Of a stretch of DNA of 64,000 bases, positions 1 to 7,841 are shown piece by piece. The stretch's first letter is position 1, and every line of letters begins with the position of its first letter. The DNA is taken from assembly GCA_018648865.1 (NCBI GenBank), contig JABGQH010000011.1, forward strand, positions 24,842 to 88,841, given 5' to 3'. A program made the translations under genes and the position numbers. The notes under the pieces are model-generated. The model searched no databases. It was not told where the DNA came from and saw only the letters and a list, made by a program, of their open reading frames with translations. This DNA comes from Candidatus Peregrinibacteria bacterium (lineage in GTDB: Bacteria > Patescibacteriota > Gracilibacteria > Peribacterales > Peribacteraceae).

Positions 1-2
1 GT

Positions 3-140
3 GGAAGTGTGTGTGTTTCATTTACGTTTACATTGCATTCAACTAATAGAGACGTATTAGAGCCTCCACCTGCGCTATACAACAAAGAGGAAGAATCAAA
101 GGTCTTCGATGAAATAATGGAATCAGTTAAGTTTGATTAG
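3..140 (+). CDS. 3' end of an unidentified CDS that starts upstream of the window
   Basis: Frame 3 is open from the window edge to TAG at 138-140 (..EPPPALYNKEEESKVFDEIMESVKFD*). No recognisable motif. Confidence 0.25.
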   Translation, partial: GSVCVSFTFTLHSTNRDVLEPPPALYNKEEESKVFDEIMESVKFD

Positions 141-150
141 AAATACTGAA

Positions 151-1368
151 CTAAACTAAAGCCTCTAACGCAGGTAGCTTTTGCCCAGAAATGAATTCTA
201 GCATTGCACCTCCACCTGTACTTACCCATGTGTAAGAATCAATTGGAAGCGAGTATCTAACATGTAGATCTATTGTGTCGCCACCTCCAATTATTGTCTT
301 AACTCCATTTTCTGTAGCTTTAGATACTGCTGCTGCGACTGCTTTTGAACCACCAGAGAATGGTTCTTGCTCATACATCCCCATAGGGCCGTTCCAAATT
401 ACAGTCCCAGACTTTGCAATAATCTCTGCGTAGCTTTCTGCTGTTAGCTCCCCTATATCAAATACACACATATCGTCTGGTATGGAATTTGATGGAACAT
501 TATTTACATCAGCTCCACTAGGGTCGCTAGCAACAATCGAATCAACTGGAACATGGATTAAAGCACTTCCCTCTTTCATGCTTAACGAGAGGATTTCTTC
601 TGATTTCTTTACCCACTCTTCTTCGTACCTAGATGATCCAAGACAATTTCCTTTAGCGCCTATGAATGTATTTGCGATTAGTCCACCTAGCAGAATATCG
701 TTACCACAATCTAGAAAATGCTGAATAACAGGGACCTTGGTTTCCATTTTGGCACCACTGATAATTAGTGTTACTGGCTTGCTTGGATTATCTGTAGCTT
801 CGGATAAATGCCTGATCTCTTGCTCTAAATGTAAACCAATAAAACTTGGCAGATGCTTTGGAATACCTGTCATACTTGCATGATCTCTGTGACAATTAGT
901 AAACGCATCATTTACATATACATCCCCTAGCTCTGCAATTTCTTTTGCAAGCTCGTCCCTTTGCTCTGGATCTTTGCTTTTCTCTGCCTTTTCAAACCTC
1001 AAGTTCTCTAAAAGGAGAACATCACCTGCAACTAGTTCTGCTGCCATACTTTTTGCCTCCTCTCCTCTGCAGTAATCGCAGAATTTTACGTCTATTCCAA
1101 TTAATTTAGAAAGCACAGGAGCAATAGGTTTTTGTGAATATTCCATATTCCTCTCTCCTTTTGGCCTACCCTGATGCGCCAAGATTATTAATGAGGCACC
1201 AGAATCTAATATGAACTTAATTGTAGGTAGAAGTGCTTCTACCCTAGAGGTATCTACGACTTCTCCATTATTCATTGGTAGGTCGAATCCTGCTCTAAGC
1301 AAAACTGTTTTATCTTTTAAGTCAGCGTTGCTGAGCACTGGATATGGTAGTGATTTTTGATCTGTCAT
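151..1368 (-). CDS. pgk: phosphoglycerate kinase
   Basis: 405-aa ORF with typical PGK N-terminus (KTVLLRAGFDLP..., IILAHQGRPKG) and C-terminal GGGDT motif. Confidence 0.95.
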   Translation of the reverse strand: MTDQKSLPYPVLSNADLKDKTVLLRAGFDLPMNNGEVVDTSRVEALLPTIKFILDSGASLIILAHQGRPKGERNMEYSQKPIAPVLSKLIGIDVKFCDYCRGEEAKSMAAELVAGDVLLLENLRFEKAEKSKDPEQRDELAKEIAELGDVYVNDAFTNCHRDHASMTGIPKHLPSFIGLHLEQEIRHLSEATDNPSKPVTLIISGAKMETKVPVIQHFLDCGNDILLGGLIANTFIGAKGNCLGSSRYEEEWVKKSEEILSLSMKEGSALIHVPVDSIVASDPSGADVNNVPSNSIPDDMCVFDIGELTAESYAEIIAKSGTVIWNGPMGMYEQEPFSGGSKAVAAAVSKATENGVKTIIGGGDTIDLHVRYSLPIDSYTWVSTGGGAMLEFISGQKLPALEALV

Positions 1369-1375
1369 AGTGACT

Positions 1376-1759
1376 CTATTGTAATGTTAAAAAATATTCA
1401 TACAAGATCTGAGGAGAAATATCTTTCACAAACCTACCTGTAAGTACTCCGTTTTTGTTAGAAATAATATTAGCTCCTTCCTCCTTAACTGAATCATCAA
1501 TCGAATCTAGAAATGGGATTACCTCTTTCTGCAAAGATCCACCTACTATGTATCCCCTTCTGTCGAAATGAAACATTTCACTTAACCGTTCATGAATATT
1601 TTCTTTTGTTGTTGGGTAGTTATCCAAAAACGCATCAATCTTATTATTCATAAAATATTTGTTCCAATTAGACTGTAAAGCAGATCTATCTGGGATTGAG
1701 CCAAGTATCCCAAATAACTCACGATCCGGTAATAGCCTTGGCTTTGTCATAAGATACAA
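1376..1759 (-). CDS. stand-alone shikimate dehydrogenase (AroE) N-terminal-domain-like protein
   Basis: 127 aa. The pattern FGILGS..RSALQ...GYIVGGSLQKE...EGANII..GVLTGRF follows the AroE substrate-binding domain layout. There is no NADP-binding half, and NTD is replaced by GRF. Confidence 0.35.
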   Translation of the reverse strand: MYLMTKPRLLPDRELFGILGSIPDRSALQSNWNKYFMNNKIDAFLDNYPTTKENIHERLSEMFHFDRRGYIVGGSLQKEVIPFLDSIDDSVKEEGANIISNKNGVLTGRFVKDISPQILYEYFLTLQ

Positions 1760-1811
1760 AGAGAGATAGTAAATAGAACTCTGTACTGTATTCTATTAAA
1801 GATTTAATCCT

Positions 1812-2864
1812 ATGTCTTCAATTCTACCTATCTTCGTTGGCGCATTGCTTGTTAGTGCAGTTACACATGCAGCGGCTATTAAGGTGTTTCCAAATCTCGG
1901 TTTATTAGACAAGCCAGATAGATATGGACTAAACAGAAATCCAATCCCTTATCCAACTGGGCTAATTTGTATTTTACTATTCCTAGTAGCTTTCATCTGC
2001 ATTCAGCCAATTCTGAATGAATCATTTTCTATGCAACACATAGGATTAGCAGCTGCAATACTGATACTTGGCATATCCTCTTTTATAGATGATAAAGTGC
2101 AAATTCCTCCATTAATTAGAATTGGAGTACAAATCGCATGTGCATTAATAATTTTTGGAACAGGTACCAGAATATTTACACTTACAAATCCCCTTTCCTC
2201 CTTTACTGGAATAGCAGATCTACAACTAGATACTTGGACAATAGTATGGCCAGCGCTAAGTAATCCATCTGTAATCGGCGCAATATTTACAGTCGTTTGG
2301 ATTGGGCTAACTATTAATGCCCTTAATTGGTTCGATGGCATCACAGGACAAGTATCTACAATTTCCATAATTGGATTTGTAACAATTGGATTCTTAAGCT
2401 TATCAAGTAGAGTTGATCAACCAGAGCTCGCGCTAATTTGTTTCTTGCTTGCAGGCATTGCAATTGGAAGTTTGATATTTGAAATCCCACCAGCAAAAAT
2501 ACTTATGGGAGACACAGGTGCAATGTTTTTTGGATTTATGCTTGGGGTAGTAACAATCTATGCTGGTGGAAAAGTCGCAACTGCATTCCTAGTTCTAGGA
2601 ATTCCTATCCTAGATTTTATAATTGTAATAGGCAGAAGAGTTCTTAAAAGGAAACCAGTATTAAAAGGGAATCAAATAAATGAACATCTTCATCACAGAC
2701 TACTTACAAAAGGATGGTCACCTAGATCAATAATAATTCTTACAGCGATAATTGGTACTTTGTTTGGAACCTCTGCACTATTTTTAACAACATTTGGAAA
2801 ACTAGTTTCAGCCCTACTTCTACTGGTTTTAATGACAGGGCTGTCGATCTACTCTAGAGAATAA
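1812..2864 (+). CDS. glycosyltransferase family 4 polyprenyl-phosphate sugar-1-phosphate transferase (WecA/TagO/MraY family)
   Basis: 350-aa polytopic membrane protein with FIDDKVQIPP and NALNWFDGITGQ motifs typical of the MraY/WecA superfamily. Confidence 0.85.
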   Translation: MSSILPIFVGALLVSAVTHAAAIKVFPNLGLLDKPDRYGLNRNPIPYPTGLICILLFLVAFICIQPILNESFSMQHIGLAAAILILGISSFIDDKVQIPPLIRIGVQIACALIIFGTGTRIFTLTNPLSSFTGIADLQLDTWTIVWPALSNPSVIGAIFTVVWIGLTINALNWFDGITGQVSTISIIGFVTIGFLSLSSRVDQPELALICFLLAGIAIGSLIFEIPPAKILMGDTGAMFFGFMLGVVTIYAGGKVATAFLVLGIPILDFIIVIGRRVLKRKPVLKGNQINEHLHHRLLTKGWSPRSIIILTAIIGTLFGTSALFLTTFGKLVSALLLLVLMTGLSIYSRE

Positions 2865-2873
2865 TGATTTAGG

Positions 2874-2999
2874 TTGGAGGGGCATGCGCACCACTGGGGG
2901 TGAAGGGGCAAGCGGGAGGGTTTGGTGCGCAGGCGTTTTGGCTCCACCTTTTTCGCCGGAAAAAGGTGGTGAAGAAAGGAAAAACCAATAATGGTTATA
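2874..2999. repeat. GC-rich structured intergenic repeat, module A, copy 1
   Basis: 126 bp, identical except 1 nt to 62361-62486. Contains an 8-bp stem (2886-2893 with 2923-2930) enclosing a four-G-tract motif (2896-2920), plus a perfect 11-bp hairpin (2944-2969). Confidence 0.9.
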
Positions 3000-3008
3000 G
3001 ATCATAAA

Positions 3009-3044
3009 CCCCCTCTCCCTAACCCTCCCCCGTCTGGGGAGGGG
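3009..3044. repeat. C-rich hairpin repeat, module C, copy 1
   Basis: ccccctctccctaa followed by hairpin CCCTCCCC/GGGGAGGG. Copies at 7679-7713 and 62501-62522. Confidence 0.8.
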
Positions 3045-3124
3045 ATGTTTTGTATATGTTTTGTTTTTAAAAACTCAAAGCTCAAAGCTTAAGTCTTAAA
3101 ACTTCTCTTAATTCTTAATACTTA

Positions 3125-4654
3125 TTACTTATTCTCCCAAACCATTGGTTTACTTTGCTCAATAAACGGACGAGCTTGAATTACAACTGTACGTCTTCCT
3201 CTTGGTAACATATGAATTGTTGCTTCACCGTTTTCAAAATCTATTTGAGAAACAATAGAAGGACGGAATTCTGCTTCTCCATAAGCAGTTCTCATATACA
3301 AATCGTCTTCTAGGATTGGATTCCTAATAGTATTTCCTTCTATATCCAGTAGTTCTATTACAACCTTTTCCCAACCTCTACCTGCAAAAGATCCATCATG
3401 ACGAATACGAAGACTATGTACTTTTGTAGGGTTAAATCCAGATGAAAGATCTATAGATACAACCTCCTCTGAATATACGATTGGTGATGCAACATTTTCT
3501 CTGCGCACTACAAATCGTTCTCTCTTCATTCTGGCTATCATTCTTTCCTCTGTTGCACTCTTGATATTGAGTGTAGGTGAAAGCTTAGGAACAATAGAGC
3601 TAACAGAAGATGAAGATACTGTTACAGGTTCAGATGACGCACTAGACGAAGACTGGCTATGGTAAGCAACTGTTTGACCAGATGATTTCATTCGAGCGAG
3701 TCGTCTTTCATCAACAGATGAAAGCATACGATCTACTGGATCAGCTTCTTCCTCTACTACAATAACCTGATCCACAGCATCATAATTTGCCTGAACATAT
3801 TTCATTGGATTAATTGTATACATATATCCATTGCTTCTATTCAAGCCAGCATTTACTGCTTCTGCAGTTGTGTATCCAGCTGCAGCTTGCTGCTCTGTAG
3901 TAAATGGCCAATAAGGGTGCCAAGGAGCATCCTCTGTATCAATTTGGAAATGCAAATGAGGACCAGAAACAAAACCAGTTTGGCCAGAAGTACCTATCTG
4001 TTCACCTTTTCCAACAATCATTCCGACTGTAACCCCAATAGAATCCAAATGAGCATAAGAAGAATACAAAGTAGTTAAACTCTTTGGATCATCTGGGTCT
4101 GGAACACCTGGGTGACGAACAATAATCACGTTACCAAAACCACCACCTCTTTTAATCTGATCTACAATACCATTTGCGATAGACACAATAGGTGTCCCAA
4201 CTGGAACACGGATATCTACACCTGGGTGACTACCAGAACCTTCTGAGTCTCCAGTATATGTTCCCATGTACGCAACTGAATATGTAGCAGAAGAAATGGT
4301 AGAATTATATGTAGGCAAAGACACAAGCAAGTCACGTGGGACTTGCCTATACGAGTGATCGTTTCCTGTTCCACCGTACTGATTCCAAGCTCTATAGTTT
4401 GGAACAAGTTGAATTGGTGATACCGTACCTGTGTAAATAATCTCTTCTTTTCCTAGGACAGAAGCCCAGAACAAGTACCATCCATGTTGTCCAACCATGT
4501 TCCCCATTACAAATGCAAATATGGAAAAACTAGCAATCCAGAATGAACTCTTTTGGCTTAAAAAGAACATAGGATGTGGTTCCCTCTTATTGTCTAAACT
4601 ACGGATACTAAATCCATGTTTCTTCCTGTGGACAATTTTGGTTAATCTTTTCAT
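3125..4654 (-). CDS. M23 family (LytM-like) metallopeptidase with N-terminal membrane anchor
   Basis: 509 aa with HPGVDIRVPVGTPI and GPHLHFQI motifs of peptidase M23. A Ser-rich linker and a C-terminal beta-rich domain follow. Confidence 0.9.
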   Translation of the reverse strand: MKRLTKIVHRKKHGFSIRSLDNKREPHPMFFLSQKSSFWIASFSIFAFVMGNMVGQHGWYLFWASVLGKEEIIYTGTVSPIQLVPNYRAWNQYGGTGNDHSYRQVPRDLLVSLPTYNSTISSATYSVAYMGTYTGDSEGSGSHPGVDIRVPVGTPIVSIANGIVDQIKRGGGFGNVIIVRHPGVPDPDDPKSLTTLYSSYAHLDSIGVTVGMIVGKGEQIGTSGQTGFVSGPHLHFQIDTEDAPWHPYWPFTTEQQAAAGYTTAEAVNAGLNRSNGYMYTINPMKYVQANYDAVDQVIVVEEEADPVDRMLSSVDERRLARMKSSGQTVAYHSQSSSSASSEPVTVSSSSVSSIVPKLSPTLNIKSATEERMIARMKRERFVVRRENVASPIVYSEEVVSIDLSSGFNPTKVHSLRIRHDGSFAGRGWEKVVIELLDIEGNTIRNPILEDDLYMRTAYGEAEFRPSIVSQIDFENGEATIHMLPRGRRTVVIQARPFIEQSKPMVWENK

Positions 4655-4703
4655 TTATATTTGTTTTATGTGTATATTATAACACTTTTCACTATTTTTA
4701 TCA

Positions 4704-5705
4704 ATGGTCGATACATGCAATATATGGCTACCAAACCCCAAGAAAACAGAGTTCTGTGGGCAATCCTTGGCATCTAGCCTATATGGGCCTGTTGATATCT
4801 TGCTAAAAGGAGAGCTAGGAGCTGGCAAAACAACATTCGCAAATGGTTTTTCGACAGGAGTTGGGATAGCAGAGCACCTGCCAAGCCCTACTTTTGCGCT
4901 AGAACACAGGTATTCCACCGCTAATAACTATCCTTTTATCCATATAGATTTATATAGATTAAATGACGATCAAACAGATGAGTTCTTGGAGCAATGTGAA
5001 GAGAAAGAAGCAATTAGATGTATTGAATGGTCAGAGAAATTAAGTAATCCTCCAAAAGATGCCATTCACATAACAATTCTAGATAATCCAGATAACGAAG
5101 GTAGAAACCTAGAAGCAGTGTTCGAAGATATGCCACTCCCCTGCGCAGAAGAGATTGAGGATTGGAGGAAGGAAATGGAATTGCCAGAACGTATATGCGC
5201 ACATTGTGATGCTGTAGCCAATTTCGCATTAGAACTCTCTAATAAGTTAATAGAAAAAGGGCATATAATTAGATCTAAAACACTGTACAAAGCAGGTGTA
5301 CTACACGATTTACTTAGATTTGTAGATTTTAGTGAAGCAAATGGGCCTAAATACAACAAAAAACAACACCTAGAACCAGATATATGGAAAGAGGTAAGAG
5401 CTAAATATGAAGGAAAAGGACACGAGGAAGCATGTGCCATGTTTCTAACAGAGCAAGGATACGGAAAGTTAGCTGAAATTATTAAAGTCCATGGGCTTAA
5501 ATTACCACCAGAAAACCGCAGAACTATTGAGCAAAAACTGCTCTATTACGCAGACAAAAGAGTAATCAACGACAAAGTAGTTACACTAGAAGAACGTTTT
5601 AAAGATTTTAATAAAAGATACAAAGACGGAAAATGGGGCAAGTCTGGAAAGATTTGGTTTGATCAAGCAAAGGAGTTAGAGGAAGAGTTAGGAATCATCA
5701 TCTAA
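4704..5705 (+). CDS. tsaE: tRNA t6A37 ATPase TsaE fused to a C-terminal HD-domain hydrolase
   Basis: N-terminal half has GELGAGKTTFANGF, SPTFAL and HIDLYRL (TsaE/YjeE). C-terminal ~190 aa has H...HD...H...D spacing (AHCDAV, VLHDLLR, GHEEA, YYADKR). Confidence 0.8.
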   Translation: MVDTCNIWLPNPKKTEFCGQSLASSLYGPVDILLKGELGAGKTTFANGFSTGVGIAEHLPSPTFALEHRYSTANNYPFIHIDLYRLNDDQTDEFLEQCEEKEAIRCIEWSEKLSNPPKDAIHITILDNPDNEGRNLEAVFEDMPLPCAEEIEDWRKEMELPERICAHCDAVANFALELSNKLIEKGHIIRSKTLYKAGVLHDLLRFVDFSEANGPKYNKKQHLEPDIWKEVRAKYEGKGHEEACAMFLTEQGYGKLAEIIKVHGLKLPPENRRTIEQKLLYYADKRVINDKVVTLEERFKDFNKRYKDGKWGKSGKIWFDQAKELEEELGIII

Positions 5706-5715
5706 GTGATAGTTC

Positions 5716-5868
5716 ATTTTTTGCCTTAATACAAAAAACGAACCAAAAAAAATCAAGGCAATCGCAGACTCGTTCGTCCATTCTTCGCTCCGCTTTGCGG
5801 AGCTTCGCCTCGGCAAGCGAAACTGCTTCACTGCCCTGCTCCTTACTCAAACAAATGCGATTGCCACT
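5716..5868 (+). repeat. structured intergenic repeat, module B, copy 1
   Basis: Shares taatacaaaaaacgaaccaaaaaa.atcaaggcaa..cagactcgttcgtc and ctcaaacaa.tgcg.ttgccac arms with copies at 7385-7625 (minus) and 62626-62810. Arms 5757-5766 and 5856-5865 are perfectly complementary. Confidence 0.8.
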
Positions 5869-5919
5869 CCATACTAATTCCACATACATAATTCTTAATA
5901 CCTAATACTTAATACTTAC

Positions 5920-6507
5920 CTAGACATTCCAAGGTAACAACTCTTCCATAAGAATCTGTTGAATCATGGCATAGCTAACAGACATTGCCTGTCCAGCGAT
6001 TGCTAACATAAAGAATGAGATTGTAATGAAAGTGAAACACAAAAGATCCAATGCACTCCACTTTTCATTTAAACGTGGATGAACGCGATCTAAATACAAA
6101 TGGATATGAGAAACAATCTTTAAGAAGTGATGAAGGATTTTTACTTTTGGAATAAGCAAAGCGACAACTCTAATAATAGAAATCTCTGCACGCATTATTC
6201 CACTTACACTTGCGATCCCTACATTGTGATGTAAATAGACAGAAAACACTAAACCAACCATTAACAGAGTTATATCTACAAGACTTTCCCTAACAGCTGC
6301 TTTGATTGTAATTTTCCAACAAAAACCATAGCAGTCTCTGTATTTAACAATATCTAATGCAATATGAGTTATAACCAGAATTCCAAATGCGCCCAGATTA
6401 AACATGGCAGCCATTAACAATGTAAGCACCAAATACCCAGCGTGAAAAGCTGGTAAATCATCATGATTATGCGCAAATGCTTGTAGAGCTGTAACAGGAG
6501 TACTCAT
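5920..6507 (-). CDS. hypothetical polytopic membrane protein
   Basis: 195-aa ORF with several hydrophobic helices. No recognised motif. Confidence 0.6.
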   Translation of the reverse strand: MSTPVTALQAFAHNHDDLPAFHAGYLVLTLLMAAMFNLGAFGILVITHIALDIVKYRDCYGFCWKITIKAAVRESLVDITLLMVGLVFSVYLHHNVGIASVSGIMRAEISIIRVVALLIPKVKILHHFLKIVSHIHLYLDRVHPRLNEKWSALDLLCFTFITISFFMLAIAGQAMSVSYAMIQQILMEELLPWNV

Positions 6508-6603
6508 GTTTTTTATATATATTGTTATGTGTATTATAACATATTTTATGTATATGGTCTACCTATCAACTTTCAAATGACCATAACGTAACGTTCTGAT
6601 ATA

Positions 6604-7014
6604 ATGGGATACATGACTGATGACAATTTTATTAAAACAATTAAGGGGCAATCCGATATGACAGAAGAGGATCAAAAGAGTGCCGGTGCACCAATTGCTG
6701 GATCTGTGGAAGAGGAACATATGAACTTTGCAGGATTGCTGATTTCTCTTATTGATGAGGGGAAGATTAACCCACTAGATACTCAAACATTTTTGAATCA
6801 CGATATTTACAATGCACTAGACGAAGAGTGGCAAGATAAAACAGATATGGTAATGGCAAATATTGCAGGGCAGATCAGATTAATTGATGCCTTTTTGAAA
6901 GATCCAAACAATCCAAAGGAGTCACCACAATTACAAACAATGATTGAGCAGCTATGGCAGATGAAGCAAACAATAGAAGCAAAAGGTAAAGAGTTCGATG
7001 TATTTATTTTTTAA
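6604..7014 (+). CDS. hypothetical acidic protein
   Basis: 136-aa ORF with protein-like composition. No motif recognised. Confidence 0.5.
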   Translation: MGYMTDDNFIKTIKGQSDMTEEDQKSAGAPIAGSVEEEHMNFAGLLISLIDEGKINPLDTQTFLNHDIYNALDEEWQDKTDMVMANIAGQIRLIDAFLKDPNNPKESPQLQTMIEQLWQMKQTIEAKGKEFDVFIF

Positions 7015-7022
7015 TTAATTTA

Positions 7023-7367
7023 ATGATAAATAGTCACGCGCTACCAAAGGGTCCAAAGAAATCGTCTGAGATACTAGGGCCAATGTCTTTTGAAGACCTT
7101 CAAGTAGAACTAGAAAAGGACGTAATAGAAGGAGCAGGAGAAACCGTTCAAGTTAGACTCTCTATGATTGATGAAATTAGAGATAGATTGCATATAGATT
7201 CAAAAAGTCTACAACCAAAGCCAGCTCCATTTACAGAGATCTCTAGGAGATATTGGCAGTCACATGATGAAAATAGTTCTAGTGATGCAGAAAAACTAGC
7301 AACATTTACACTAGGAATGGAAATGTTAAGTGCAGATGAGGAAGCTGAATTGGAAGTAGGGTTTTGA
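7023..7367 (+). CDS. hypothetical protein
   Basis: 114-aa ORF starting 8 nt after the previous gene, so probably an operon partner. Confidence 0.5.
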   Translation: MINSHALPKGPKKSSEILGPMSFEDLQVELEKDVIEGAGETVQVRLSMIDEIRDRLHIDSKSLQPKPAPFTEISRRYWQSHDENSSSDAEKLATFTLGMEMLSADEEAELEVGF

Positions 7368-7384
7368 ACAGTAAATCAGTTTAC

Positions 7385-7625
7385 CAAGGCGAAGTGAAAC
7401 GAAGACTGGTGAAACAGTGGCAAGCGCATTTGTTTGAGTAAGGAGCATTGCATAGCTTCGAGTGTGGCACGAACAGATGGCGAGCAGATTTTTGAGCGCA
7501 GTGAAAAAATATGACTCGTCTCTGTGAGTCAAATATATATCGAGCAAGTATGCGACGAACGAGTCTGCGCTTGCCTTGATTTTTTTTGGTTCGTTTTTTG
7601 TATCAAGACAAAAAAAGAACATGAA
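7385..7625 (-). repeat. structured intergenic repeat, module B, copy 2 (inverted orientation)
   Basis: Reverse complement matches copies 1 and 3. Arms 7419-7428 and 7566-7575 are perfectly complementary. Confidence 0.8.
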
Positions 7626-7678
7626 ATGAAATAGTTTTAGAGGAAATAAATGATGTCCTTTGTTTTTCATGGTGATCA

Positions 7679-7713
7679 CCCCCTCTCCCTAACCCTCTCC
7701 CGCCTGGAGAGGG
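7679..7713. repeat. C-rich hairpin repeat, module C, copy 2
   Basis: Hairpin CCCTCTCC/GGAGAGGG differs from copy 1 by a compensatory C>T and G>A pair. Confidence 0.8.
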
Positions 7714-7718
7714 AATAC

Positions 7719-7755
7719 GAAATCTAATCTTCACTATGTAATATAATGTATTACA
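7719..7755. repeat. repeat module D, copy 1
   Basis: gaaatctaatcttcactatgtaatataatgtattaca, near-identical to 62529-62565. Confidence 0.8.
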
Positions 7756-7841
7756 TCAAAGTAGCTTTGTGTGACAATGTATTACAAATACATAAGCTTG
7801 TATTACAACGTATTACATTTGTGTGACAATGTATTACAAAT
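7737..7841. promoter_or_regulatory. phased array of GTATTACA octamers (candidate protein-binding, iteron-like array)
   Basis: Octamer starts at 7748, 7779, 7800, 7810 and 7831, giving spacings of 31, 21, 10 and 21 bp. An inverted half-site lies at 7737. The 24-bp unit tttgtgtgacaatgtattacaaat is repeated at 7766 and 7818. Confidence 0.45.

Noticed and set aside
5698-5889. ORFs overlapping repeat module B (5698-5889 minus, 7326-7679 minus, 62577-62813 plus), two of which share a TKNEPKKIKAS..DSFVAYLLD peptide.
   Set aside because: The similarity is a consequence of the DNA repeat. The reading frame is not maintained across the element between copies, and copy 1 is read on the opposite strand. 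Complementary arms with compensatory changes fit a structured non-coding element better.
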